From Octopus vulgaris (lineage: Eukaryota): a stretch of DNA of 64,000 nucleotides. Each line of letters starts with the position of its first letter. Position 1 is the first letter of the stretch. A program made the position numbers and the translations under genes. The notes below the pieces were generated by a model that was given only the letters and a program-made list of their open reading frames with translations, had not been told where the DNA came from and did no database searches. The stretch covers positions 34,968,001-35,032,000 of the forward strand of contig OX597828.1 in the NCBI GenBank assembly GCA_951406725.2. The letters run 5' to 3'. This document shows positions 39,389 through 52,459 of this stretch, in pieces.

Positions 39389-39763
39389 GGATAGATATAC
39401 ACGCACCCACACACACACACACAAACACACACACTCAATCACACTGTCAATAACGTCTTGTGCTAAGTTATATGTTGTCTTACAAATAACCTCTCTTTCA
39501 CTTACGTCAACAACCGGCCAACCGACCAACCAACCAACCAACCAAAAAACAAAAAGTTGGAAACCTAAAAATAGAAAACTTCTTTAAAGCGAATTCTCTC
39601 TTCTGTTTTTTTTTTATCTTCTACTTAAAAAAAGAAATAATTAATTTGGTATTTTCTTTTCACCCATCTCCTTAATTAATGTCTAATTACAATATAAAGA
39701 TTTTCACCCGATTTTTCAAAGGTCTTCTTGATTAGCAATGTTTTTAAACTCCAACATCAGTTC

Positions 39764-39787
39764 AATAATAATAATAATAATAATAAC

Positions 39788-39828
<41 letters not shown>

Positions 39829-39829
39829 C

Positions 39830-39876
<47 letters not shown>

Positions 39877-39973
39877 TAATAATAATAATAATAATAATAA
39901 CAATAATAATAATAATAACAATAATAATAACAATAATAACAACAACAACAACAATAATAATAATAATAATAAC

Positions 39974-40044
<71 letters not shown>

Positions 40045-40110
40045 TAATAATAATAATAATAACCATAATAATAATAATGATAATAATAATAATAATAATA
40101 ACAGCAACAA
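39764..40110. repeat. Long (AAT)n array with AAC variants
   Basis: About 115 triplets. Confidence 0.97.
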
Positions 40111-40929
40111 CATTAATAAAAATAGTTGGGAAGTTTCAGATTTGTTTTAATTACAGTCTATAACAGTTGAGATAAATTAGAGTCGAATTTAGCAAAAATA
40201 ACAGATACGGTAGCCATTTTCATTTCGGCCTTCAAATAGCTCGCTCTCCTTATTTATTTATTTAGTTATTCATTTTAAATTTAAATTAATGATTTCTTAT
40301 TTACATTCGAAGTAAATTAGAATGCAAAACAAACATTGTGTTTACAGCTCCGTGTGATGATGTGACCCGCGATTTTTGGTTATTTCTTTTTACAAATACA
40401 ATAATGACATGGAGCGTAGAGAAAAAGAATTGGTTTTATTTTTAACCAAGAAGCCAAAAGCTTCTCAAGATTTCCTCTCACTGATAATAATGCCCCAACA
40501 CTGTTTTCTCTAAATCTACAAATCTCTTCAAATGGTGATTTGCAATTTAGACACAAGATCAGCTACCGTGAAGGGAAGCAGACAATTGATTACATGAAAT
40601 CATGTACTTGATTGCTATTTTATTTTATTGACACCCAAAATAATGAAATCCCGGTAGGATTTGAACGAGAACGTTAAAAGGGTCGCTATAAATACTGCAA
40701 TGCATTTTACCGACTCAATAACGATCCTACCAGTTCGTGAACTTCAGCTCTCTTCAAATAATGGTTTATAATAGAGGCACAAAGCCACAAGTTTTGCGGG
40801 GAGGGAGTTAATCGATTCCTTCAACGTCTGTTCTTAATTATTTCGTTTTATCGATCCCGAAAGAATAAAAGACAGCGTTAGCCACGGCGAAATTTGAACT
40901 CAGAACGTAAATGAGACGGAACAAATACT

Positions 40930-41143
40930 CCTTTCTCGTATAGGCACTCCTTTCTAGTATAGGGGGGAGGGGGCTGGTTGGTTACATCGTCCCCACTACA
41001 TGACTGGCACTTATTTTATCGATTCCGAAAGGATTAAAGGCAAAGTGGACATCGGTGGAATTTAAACTCAGAATGTAAAAACGGACAAAACGTCGTTAAA
41101 CATTTCGTCCAGCGGGCTAATAATTCTGCCATTTTGCCGCCTT
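40930..41143 (-). mobile_element. SINE B nested in an older SINE B, 16-bp imperfect TSD
   Basis: agacggaacaaatact (40914-40929) and agactgaacagatact (41144-41159); host body 40770-40929. Confidence 0.8.
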
Positions 41144-42267
41144 AGACTGAACAGATACTGCTAAACAGATTCTATCAGCCAAATTCCCTTACAAGGCATT
41201 GGTGGGTCCGCGACTATAATAGAAGACACTTACGAATGGTGCCGCACAGTGAGACCGAACTCGAAAGCATTTGGTTGCAAAGCAAGCTTTGTTTAGAAAA
41301 GATAAAATATTTGTAACACATCTCCAAGGCATCAAATTTAGTGCTGGTGCGGTAGAATATATATATTTGCCCTCCACGTTCTTAATTAGCCCTTATTTTG
41401 TCAAGCTCATCTTCCAGCCTCTGAACAATGAAATTCGAAGTCGACAACGATGGGATTTCAACCTGAAAGCTTTTGTGCGGACACTCTACTGTACTAAACT
41501 ATATTGACTAGACGTATGAGTGGTTTTGACAGTGTGATGTTGCTATGGTTCGAAGCGTTAAGTTAACTGAATACAAGAGAATAGAATAAAAGAGCCAACA
41601 CTTGATTTAACAACAGATGCCATAGTTTGTTTCTAAACAAATGATTGATTACATTTCAACAATGGTTTCACATCTTTATGTCGTACTTGTAAACTTCATC
41701 GTATATCAGATTGAAAAACCTGTTGAGAGACAATTTTGTCTTCGCAACAAGTCAGTTGGAATATTTCCCAAAGGAAATTGTGAAATGATAATGTTAACAG
41801 ATATATTTAGATAATTGAAGTTTCCGTCTTCATAAAAAATAGAATTCTTGAAAATATCATTAATTTATGTGTTCAAAATAGATTTTGTAATTATTTTCAT
41901 ATTAGTAGTAAGGTCTATAACGAAATGGATCGAAGCTCGAAGAGGGTGGCACATAAGGACGCAGCGTGCAAGTCAAGGTAGAATGGTATGACCGGTACTT
42001 ATTCCAATTGTTTGCTGCCCAATCTGAGTTCAAATCCCGCCGAAGTCAACTTTGCCTTTCATCTTTTTGGGGTCTTTAAAATAAATACCAGTCCGGAGCG
42101 ATAGATTAGTGGATCTATATGAATGTCGAATCGGATTCCTTGCAGTATTTGTTGTGGGTGGTTCTTTACCCGCGCTGAGCCAAAATTCTGCCTAGATACC
42201 TAAAAAGCATCCTTGCGAACCCATAGGTCTATCGTCGCAACTCTACGAAACACTATGTCTTTTATCC

Positions 42268-42465
42268 TTCATTTACTTCAATCATTAAACTGCGGCCATG
42301 CTGGGGCACCTCTTTAGAGAATTTTAGTTGAATGAATTGACCCTAGTACTTGAATTTCAGCCTCATATTTATTCTATCAATCTGTTTTGCCGGATTGCTA
42401 ACTTAAGGGACGTAAACTCACTAGTACCGGTTATCAAGCAATGGTGGTAAGGAGACAAACAGACA

Positions 42466-42502
<37 letters not shown>

Positions 42503-42690
42503 CAACACACACACTCATACATATTCACAACAGGCGTCTTTCAGTTTCCATCTACAATATCCACTCAAACGGCTTTGGTCGACCCGAGGCTATAGTAGAT
42601 GACACTTGCCCAAGGTGACCCACGGTGGGACTGAAACCGGATCCATGTGGTTGAGAAAGAAACCTGTTACCACAGAGCCGCGCCTGCGCC
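42268..42690 (-). mobile_element. SINE family A, full length, moderately diverged
   Basis: Tail tttacttcaatcattaaactgcggccatgctggg through head ccgcgcctgcgcct. Confidence 0.85.
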
Positions 42691-42769
42691 TATATATGTA
42701 TCTAATCAGAGACCTATTCTTAATAATACCACCAATGCAATGCAATGCAATATACATGCATACGGCCTT

Positions 42770-43145
42770 CGAATGATGTGTGGCATCATTCATGCAGCAC
42801 CTGCTAAGCAACAGCAGCAAAAATAAATATATTGATGCAGCGCTGCAAAGTGAAGTGAGCAACATTGTACGAGTTGGCAGTGAACTCCTCAAGAAGTACT
42901 CTCTGCCTCGTGATCTCCTATTCAGCCCCAAAACAGTTGGGTTCCCTGGCCTCAAATAAGACCCGGATGGAAAGCACTCAGAATACAAAAAAAAAGAAAA
43001 AAAGACTATGCATGGGTATGTTACCCGGAAGCTTGAAGGAGACAGTAGAATTGACACGAAGCGCAACCTCTCTTGGACGCAAAACCACTACATCACACTT
43101 TGAAGGTTATGCGTTTGCATTTCAGAAACAGGAAATTGCCATACA
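42770..43145 (+). pseudogene. Internal fragment of an R4/Dong-like (restriction-like endonuclease) LINE ORF
   Basis: KTMHGYVTRKLEGDSRIDTKRNLSWTQNHYIT then frameshifted HFEGYAFAFQKQEIA, resembling the K.[LM]HG...D...S..W...EG...A.Q[DE]Q block of this clade. Confidence 0.6.
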
Positions 43146-43176
43146 TACATACATACATACATACATACATACACAC

Positions 43177-43266
<90 letters not shown>

Positions 43267-43364
43267 GTACGTGCGCCCGGTGCCCACAACCCTTCGGCTT
43301 TGACAGTACTTGATCCATGCGTACAACTCACCACGTGAGGATAATCGAAATTCCTCCCTTTCTG

Positions 43365-43441
<77 letters not shown>

Positions 43442-44251
43442 TATATACATACATACATACATGCATACATACATACATACATACATACATACATACATAC
43501 ATACATACATACATACATACATACATACATACATACATGCGTACATACATACATACATTCATACATACATACATACATAATATAATGTGTGCACTAGCTC
43601 TGTTTTTTTATCGCTCTCTTCTGGATGGTCATGGGTGGTATGTATTTAAAAAGAACATAGTCAGGTTTGACTTGGAGTTAAACAACTCTCTCCTCCTTCT
43701 CTCGCTCACTCTGTCTCTCTCTCTCTTCCTCCTCCCACCTTCCCGTCTCCCTCACGCTTTTGCTTCTGTTTGCCTGCTTTTAATAACACAAACACCATTC
43801 GCAAATGAGACCAATTTAGAAGAGCTTTTGGTGCTAGTCGGTGGCGGTGTGCTGGAGATGGAGGGGGGGGGGGGCGATAGCTATGTGGAATTAGTTTAAT
43901 GTGGGACGGAATGTTAAATACCAGTCATTACATTTAATTAGGAAATCCGTAATCAGAATCGACTCCTAGATTTGCATAGTCACCTAACCACATTGAAGGT
44001 TGTGGGTGGCGGACTACTTTTGTAATGAAATGAATAGATGGAGTCACATCCACACGTTATTGTTGCTAAAACCTTGGTCGGAGCTGATTCAACAGACCTA
44101 TCATAAAATATGTTCCAGCCGTGACCTTCTCGGTTTTCCTTTGTTTTTACAAGCAATGTATCATCTGGGACTGCTTTGCATGTGTTTCCTACCTTAAGAA
44201 GGTAGGGTGTGCATGTGGTCTGAGGATATTTTAGTTGTTATTTCTAGTTGT

Positions 44252-44600
44252 GAAGGTACATCGTTTAGTGGTTAGAACGTCGGGCTCACAATCATGAGGT
44301 AGTGAGTTCGATTTACGGACTGGGCTGTGCTGTGTTCTTGGGCAAGACACTTTATTTCACATTGCTTCAGTTCACTCAGCTGTAGAAATGATTTACAGAG
44401 TTACTGGTGCGAAGCTGTATCGGCCCCTTTGCCTTTCCCTAGGATAACATCAGTGGCATCAAGATAGCATGATGGCATGGACGACTGCTGGTCTTCCATA
44501 AACAACCTTGTCCGGACATGTGCCCCGGAAAGGGGGAATTTCCAGGTGCAATCCCATGGTCATTCATGGCTGAAAGGGGTTTCTACCCTTACCCTTTTAC
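44252..44600 (+). mobile_element. SINE family D, full length
   Basis: tagtggttag A-box, gagttcgatt B-box, ttcttgggcaagacactttatttcac core, tail ggtcattcatggctgaaagggg. Confidence 0.85.
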
Positions 44601-44981
44601 CCATTTCTAGTTCATACAAAAAGATTCTGTCGCATCCATATCCATATCTTGCGGCTGTTATATAAGGCCTTCGAGGGAATTTTGTAGTGGCTTAAGATGA
44701 ACATCGTAGAGACCCGATTCACTGAAAATGCGTGTGTGCATGAGTACAAGGGGGGTGAGCAATTATACATGCTTAATTAATTAAGATCTTACGTAGTTTG
44801 CAAATGTCAAACAATGGCAGTTGGGATATTTAATTAACTAATTTGTACAGAACATAATCGTTGAATCAGTATGTGAATGTCGGAAATATAATACAGTAAT
44901 ACAAACACACACACATACACACACATACACACACACATACATATATATACACACACATACATACATATATATATATATATA

Positions 44982-45163
44982 ATCAAAATAAGCAACAGGG
45001 ATATCCAAGGTAGTGTAGTACAATTGTTTCATGCTACTTCATTTTATTAAACACTGTAGGTATTACATCAGTTTTAATGTAATACTTACAGTGTTTAATA
45101 AAATGAAGTAGCATGAAACAATTGTACTACACTACCTTGGATATCCTTGTTGCTTATTTTGAT
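44982..45163. repeat. Near-perfect palindrome, 87-bp arms, 8-nt loop
   Basis: 44982-45068 is the reverse complement of 45077-45163 with two substitutions. Confidence 0.97.
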
Positions 45164-45266
45164 GGTAATCACCCCATTTGATTTTTATGGATAATACCAT
45201 ACAAAATTCTGGTGCCTTTAACTTAAGTACCATATTCATCTGAATCTAAATTTTGCTGAACTTATG

Positions 45267-45298
<32 letters not shown>

Positions 45299-45370
45299 TG
45301 TATGTATGTATGTATGTATGTATGTATGTGTGTATGTATGTATGTATGTATGTATGTATGTATGTATGTA

Positions 45371-45435
<65 letters not shown>

Positions 45436-45436
<1 letters not shown>

Positions 45437-45598
45437 ACAGGCATCTTTCATTTTCCGTTTACTAAATCCACTCACAAGGCTTTGGTTGGTCTGAGACTAT
45501 AGTAGAAGAAACTTGGCCATGGTGCAACGCAGTGTGATTGAACCCGTAACCATATGGTAGAGAAGGAAGCTTCTTACCACACCGCTACGCCTGCGCCT
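45436..45598 (-). mobile_element. SINE family A 5' half
   Basis: aaatccactcacaaggctttgg ... cgcctgcgcct. Confidence 0.8.
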
Positions 45599-45603
45599 AT
45601 ATA

Positions 45604-46514
45604 CGAGGGGGTACCCAAAAGAAACCGGAATTTTGCAATATTATTTTATCCACTTAATTTTACATGTTTACACTTTTATCGCCTTCAAAGGATTCTCCAT
45701 TCGAAGCAATGCATCGGTCCAGACGCGTTTTCCGCTATTCGAAACAGTTCTGGAACTCTTGCAAAGTGATGCATTTTAACGCCTCTGTCAATTTTTTTCT
45801 TCACCTCTTCTACACTTGCAAATTTCATGGCACCGGCTTTTATCATCAGTGGTGACCTTCGAAAAAAGTCCGGATCAACTTGCAACTGATCTTTCAGTTC
45901 ACGACACACATTCAGTCCTGACTTCTTTTGATCTTCCGTGAGCAAGTGAGGCACAAATTTTGCTGCAACTCTTTTCATTCACAATTCCTCACTCAAAATC
46001 CGTTGGCCGGAGCTCCAGGACACACCAGTCATATCAACGAGTTTGTCATTTGTTCGGTGACGGTCCTCCAAAACCAGTTCATGAATTTTCATGATGTTTT
46101 CATTCGCTCAAGAGGCCGACGGTCGTCGTCTTGAACGACGTTGGTCTTCAAGCGACAAGTGACCATTCCTAAAGCATGAAAACTACACGTAAACTTATGT
46201 TTTGCTCATGGCAGCGTCCTTATAAACTGTTTGAAGCATGACAACTGTATCGGCCACCATTTTCCCCAGCAGATAACCAGAATTTCACAGAGGCATGTTG
46301 TTCTTTTGTTTCAGCCATCGCAACAATCGATGAACAGGGTAGAGGCACTGCAAAACAAAAATGCATCACGAGGCAGCAGGACCCAACTCGACGGTGCTGG
46401 TCAGCATACTAATGCCTGAGGGTCGCATCAATTGGATTCTAGCGGCGGAAGGCTGAACTACAACGAGCTTGTCCTGCAGAGAACGTTTCCGGTTACTTTT
46501 TGGGTACCCCTTCG
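45604..46514 (-). mobile_element. Internally deleted mariner element (911 bp), TIRs and TA TSD
   Basis: TA|cgagggggtacccaaaagaaaccggaa ... ttccggttactttttgggtaccccttcg|TA; MKRVAAKFVPHLLTEDQK (WVPHEL-type linker) fused to C-terminal KFASVEEVKK; most of the catalytic core absent. Confidence 0.92.
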
Positions 46515-46618
46515 TATATATGTCGGTCGACAATATCAATGAATTGGGTCATTTAGCATGTGTTGTCTGTCAGGCCTGAATCTGACTAGCAATTACTATC
46601 AATACTGTTTCTTTCCTG

Positions 46619-46619
<1 letters not shown>

Positions 46620-46697
<78 letters not shown>

Positions 46698-46709
46698 GTG
46701 ATAATAGTG

Positions 46710-46766
<57 letters not shown>

Positions 46767-46769
46767 GTG

Positions 46770-46826
<57 letters not shown>
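46620..46826. repeat. (TAA)n array
   Basis: Direct reading. Confidence 0.97.
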
Positions 46827-46831
<5 letters not shown>

Positions 46832-46951
46832 GCTTGGAACCGCCCGAGTACTCCGGAAGGTGCTCGGAAAATAAGAGGTGTTACCTTAGTTCACTGGTAG
46901 TGAACAGCTGACACTGTAGTACATCTCCAGCGTTAGGAGATGTGCAAAGGC
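46827..46951 (+). mobile_element. Extreme 3' end of a Dong/R4-clade LINE inserted in (TAA)n
   Basis: TLLGTARVLRKVLGK* matches the clade C-terminus LLGTA.ILR.VL; TAA repeats on both sides; two 3' UTR hairpins. Confidence 0.8.
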
Positions 46952-47643
46952 AATAATAATAATAATAATACGTTCTCTCACTCAAAATGACACCAGCCAA
47001 ATAGCATGTTTATGTCCACGTCCACTCACATGGTGTTATATCCCTGATCTAGCATACATACACGCCTACATTATATAAACTGCAATATTTATGCAAGTAG
47101 AGTCTGTCTTAGAGAACAACAAACAACAAAAACAATTTGTTTTCAAAAGAGAGAAAAGCAAACACAAAATACAATAAAAAGAATATAAGGGGAAAATGTG
47201 CTGAATAAATCTCTTGCAAATTTCGACAGTTGTTACAAAAGGAAGGCAGGAGAGGAAAACCGAAAGATTAAAATGAAAAAAAAAAAGGTTTTCGACAGCA
47301 TGAATGGAAAATCGTATCGTGGTTAGATGTACTTTACAGAACAAAAACTGAAGAAACGATTGGGGGTTTACACGCACGCACACACACACAAACACACACA
47401 CGCACACACACTAATACATACACGCGCACAAATATCTATATATATATATATTCATATATATGCATATATATATATATCCGTAATTAGCATTCACATGCAT
47501 ACACATACATAATAGATAGATACATACATATATGGATACATACACATCTATCTATCTGTCTATATCTATATATATATGTATATATATGCATGTATATATA
47601 AATACATATATATACATGTGTATGTATATATAAATATATGTAC

Positions 47644-47691
<48 letters not shown>

Positions 47692-48001
47692 GCGTGTGCG
47701 GACGCGTGTGTGTATGAGTATGTGTGCAAGAGTGTATGTATGTAAATATGTATGCGCGTATGTATGCTAGATCAGGGAAATTGTGAAATAACAAGATAAA
47801 TTTCACAAAATAACAGAGACAGTTGATCCTATAACCTTTTGTAACACGCCATGTAAATATATAATACGAACGCAACGTATATAAAAAGCATAATACGAAC
47901 ACATAAGCGCACACATACGCTCACACTCGCACGCTCACACAGTCACTCACATACACTTACATACATACAAACGCATGCTTGTGAGTACATGTATGTACAT
48001 G

Positions 48002-48035
<34 letters not shown>

Positions 48036-48353
48036 GTTTATGTATTTATATTTATATTTACGAGATCAGTAACTATGTATCGCTTTAAAAGTATATTCTG
48101 TGAACAAGGTCGAGTGGCTGCAATCTCTAGCCGGCATATGTCCGATGAAGGGAAATGAAACAGAAGCCATTGTTCTAAAGGTATAGCTAAGGCTAGAAAG
48201 GGATCAATAGACGCCCTTGCTCACAGTATACGGACACAGACTATGTGTCGGTAGCCAGCTTGAAAGATGTTTTCCTGGGGCTAAAAAGTATTAACATCGT
48301 CCTTTGTAGGACTGCCACATTGTATTGGCAAATAGACTTTTCCGCATGTGTAA

Positions 48354-48390
<37 letters not shown>

Positions 48391-48399
48391 GTGTGTGTG

Positions 48400-50051
48400 T
48401 GTGTGTATGAATATATTTGAGGACAAATTTATGTTTATAAAAAACTAGATATAGGCACAGGAGTGGCTGTGTGGTAAGTAGCCTGCTAACCAACCACATG
48501 ATTCCGGGTTCAGTCTCACTGCGTGGCATCTTGGGCAAGTGTCTTCTGCTATAGCCTCGGGCCGACCAATGCCTTGTGAGTGGATTTGGTAGACGGAAAC
48601 TGAAAGAAGCCTGTTGTATATATGTATATATATATGTATGTGTGTGTGTGTTTGTCCCCCTAGCATTGCTTGACAACCGATGCTGGTGTGTTTACGTTCC
48701 CGTCACTTAGCGGTTCGGCAAAAGAGACCGATAGAATAAGTACTGGGCTTCCAAAGAATAAGTCCCGGGGTCGATTTGCTCGAATAAAGGCGGTGCTCCA
48801 GCATGGCCGCAGTCAAATGACTGTAACAAATAAAAGATTAAAAGATTAAAGATATATAATAACAGATAACTTTATTTCTCAAAAAATGTTATGAGGATGA
48901 AGATTATCCTTTATTTCTATAATGTTATTCAATAAGACCATCTTCAGCTTCAACAACTGATTCTATTTGAGATCCGAATCATCTACATGCTCGAATCAAG
49001 TGGTCCTGGTTCATTTGGGGCATTACTCTGACTATGGCAACTTTCAAAGAATCTTTGGTGTTATGGGCGTGTTCATTGGCCTCTCTCAACAGCGCTCCGT
49101 ATGTAATAATGTAATAAGCTAATGGATTAAGATCTGGGGAATTAGGAGGCCAAATGTTAGGAGTTATGTGATCATGAAAATTTTCAGCCATCCATTCCTG
49201 TGTTACTAGAGCCATGTGTGATAGTGCAGAGTCTTACTGAAACACATATGGCCTTCCATTGCATACACTGTGTATCCAGGGTTTAACGATTTTCCAGGAC
49301 CTCAATGTAGGTGGAAGAATTAAGTCTAAGGCCTTGTGGAAAGAAGTAAGGACGCATCACATGTCCTTCATTGCTGCAACCCCTAAATCCATGAAAATTG
49401 CAGGAAATTTTGTATTCATAACACTTGGAACTTCATAAGAATCTGCGCATAACCATCTGTCATTTCTTTTGTTAAGTTTTTGATCTTGGTCGAAATTTTT
49501 CTCATTTGAGAAAAACCAAATTAAATCTTCAGTTTGTTTAAGAGCCTTTTAATTCTGATCCAGTGATTTTCTTTTGCATTTTCTGACAAATTGACCTTTC
49601 CTCATCATATAAGACTTGTATCTGATGTCTTCGTGGACAACATTTCTAACATTTCCTTATGACACATGGAGATATTTTGCTTTGCAATTGACCTCATAGA
49701 CTTTCTGGGATTGTAATGAATGGTTTGTTGAACTTTCTGGATAAATTCAGGTGTTCTGATGATTTCAGAGCTTTTACAATGCTTTTTTATGCTTTGATAC
49801 TGGTGATATATTTCCATCTTCAGTCTCTAGATCCTTACACACTTTGTAGATGAAAGATCTGGCAACTTCTAAAAATCGAGATATTTCTAAACCGCTATGC
49901 TCAGCCTTTATAACCACAATAACAGCATGTCTCTTCATTTCTTGTGTAAGCTGAGGGTCTGCCATTATAATTTTCTGAAACAAAGATTATACAAAGTTAG
50001 CAAAAAATGCAGCAATGACCCCCAAAAGTATGTCGTCAAATACCTTACGCA

Positions 50052-50054
<3 letters not shown>
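48400..50054 (-). mobile_element. Decayed maT/DD37D (IS630-Tc1-mariner) transposon
   Basis: Fragments EMKRHAVIVVIKAEHSGLEISRFLEVARSFIYKV, FSNEKNFDQD, YVFQ*DSALSH, WPPNSPDLNPL(A)YY with 37 residues between second and third catalytic positions; TIR relics tatttgaggacaaattt (~48414) and aagtatgtcgtcaaata (~50026). Confidence 0.85.
48453..48850 (+). mobile_element. SINE family A, young full-length reference copy
   Basis: Head ggcacaggagtggctgtgtggtaag, gggttcagtc, CORE-like catcttgggcaagtgtctt, internal TA/TG tract, tail (TAAAAGAT)n; agatata on both flanks. Confidence 0.93.
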
Positions 50055-50096
<42 letters not shown>

Positions 50097-50329
50097 ATAT
50101 ATATATAATGTTTGTGTGTATGTATAAATATGTACTACTACATGTATATGTACATGTGTGAGATTATTGCCACGCACACTAACACACACAAACACACACA
50201 CACGCACACACGTATAATATATATTTGCGTGTGTATATGCCTATGTCTCATGCTTAGGAGTATGGCTTGCTAACGTGTTCTATATTTTTGATAATACCCA
50301 CCCTCACGACTTACCCCATTCTTTGGCCC

Positions 50330-50525
50330 AGCGAATGAAAAGTGCTGGAGTGAGAAAGCGGGTTGCACCATCACCCGACTGCTACTTATTTTCAAGAGAA
50401 TGGCCTGAAGGAACACAAAAGGAAGTGTCTTGCTTAAGGATCTAGCGGATTATCCGCTCCCGGTATCGAACCCACAACACTACTATCGTGGTCGGAAAAG
50501 CCTTAACCTTTAGGCCAAACGCGCT
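50330..50525 (-). mobile_element. Old tRNA-headed SINE (family D-like)
   Basis: Reverse complement: gcgcgtttggcctaaaggttaagg ... gggttcgataccggg ... ccttaagcaagacacttcc. Confidence 0.55.
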
Positions 50526-51344
50526 ATCACTATAAATACATATATTCAGCCCTCCATCCATCCCTATATGTATTTGTACACACACACATACACACACACA
50601 CAAGGGCCACGACGTATAGATTCACATGTATTTATTTGTGGGCGTGTGTGGATAGAAGGACAAAGCAAGATATTTCTGTCAATTATGTTATTGGATATCG
50701 TCTCCCCCTAAAGCCCTTAATCCTAATCTCCTCTTATTGAATATCATATCAATATTATGTAATCAGCACTGGCCAAAGAATTAGTGCGTATTAATACAAA
50801 TTTCTTAACAATATTAAAATAATGAAAGGCGGCGAGGTGACAGACTTTTTATCACTCCGAGCAAAATGCTTTGCGGATTCACATTTTCTGTTCAAATTTC
50901 GCTGAGGCTGGTTTTGCCTTTCATCCATTCGAGGCTAATAAAATTAGTACCAGCTGAACACTCGGGTCGATGTAATCGAGTTTACCCCCTCTTCCGAAAT
51001 TGCCGCATTAATTGTGGTTTCTGCAATCATGGAGGACAGGAATCTTGGTTTTTTTTCCTTTCGTTTCTTTCTTCTCGTTCCGTTTATTTTGGATTAACCT
51101 TCTTCGCATCTTCCCTCGTTTTTCCCTGGGGGTGGGTGTGGGGGTAGGGACCTCAGGTGCCTCTTCCATAAAGTGCTATCAGACGCAACCAACCGTCATT
51201 ACACTATCCTGCTGGGTTCCCAAGCGTGACTAACTCTGTGTATGGGTATTACCTAACAATTTCGTTCTTGATCTACCCCTTCGAAAAATCTGGCCGAAGA
51301 ATCTGTCTTGCGATTTTTTCCTGTCATATTATAATAACATGTCC

Positions 51345-51745
51345 ATAGTAGGAATGGCTGTATGGCAGGTAGCATATTTACGAACCACATGGTTCCAGGT
51401 TCAGTCCCACAGCGTGGCACCTTGGGTAAGTGTCTTCTGCTATAGCTTTGGGCCGACCAAACCCTTGTGAGTGGATTTGGTAGACGGAAACTGAAAGAAG
51501 CTCGTCGTATATATGTATATATATGTATGTTGTGTGTATATGTCTGTGTTTGCCCCCTCCCTCCCAACATCGCTTGACAACCGATGCTGGTGTGTTTACG
51601 TCCCCGTAACTTAGCGGTTCAGTAAAAGTGACCGATAGAATAAGTACTAGGCTTACAGAGAATAAGTCCTGGGGTCGATTTGCTCTACTAAAGGCGGTGC
51701 TCCAGCATGGCCACAGTCAAATGACTGAAACAAGTAAAAGAGTAA
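51345..51745 (+). mobile_element. SINE family A, full length
   Basis: Colinear with 48453-48850. Confidence 0.92.
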
Positions 51746-52383
51746 CAGAGGCGTGACGTCTGAATGCGGAGAAGTAGCGGCATTGCCTAATAATCATTAT
51801 GTCAACAAAAAGAAAATTAAAAAAAAAAATAATATAATAGACGCAAAACAAAACAATAAACCAGTTTGGCGCCAATTTTTCTCGTCTCGTCTTCAAAATT
51901 TTAACTTGTTCCAAGAATTCATTTCTCCACAATAACCTGAATATTAGAACTTTTAAAATCGAACCTCACCTCAGAATTTTCTCATCTACATAAATTCTTG
52001 AAAGAGAAAAATAATCAAACTTGTTGCATTTGGCCCGAGTTTTGTGCCAATAACCACCTTATTGTAACCTTTAGCATCTGCTAAACTCTATTTAGAATGT
52101 TCGATTTTTTTTTTTTTTGCTATTTGTTGGGGTTTTTGTTTTTGCTGTTTGTTTTTACATTAAGTGTTGATTCTTTACCATTTATTTGGAATAACTACTT
52201 TAAAGTTTGGCAATCCACCAGTTGTACAGAAATGGACGGGAAATTACAAAGTTACATTACAGAGATGTTGTAATACATATCCTCTAACAAACATCATTTT
52301 GCTCGCTCTCTCCCTTCGTCCTTCCATCTTTCTCTCTCTTTCTCTCTCCCCCAATATATGTATGTGTGTGTGTGTATATGCAT

Positions 52384-52459
<76 letters not shown>

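Noticed and set aside
39716-40163. Poly-Asn, poly-Ile and poly-Leu ORFs
   Set aside because: (AAT)n array with no flanking coding signal.
42590-43066. 158-aa minus-strand ORF
   Set aside because: Antisense to a LINE fragment and runs into a SINE A head.
45604-50054. Active transposase genes
   Set aside because: Both elements have stops, frameshifts or loss of catalytic residues.
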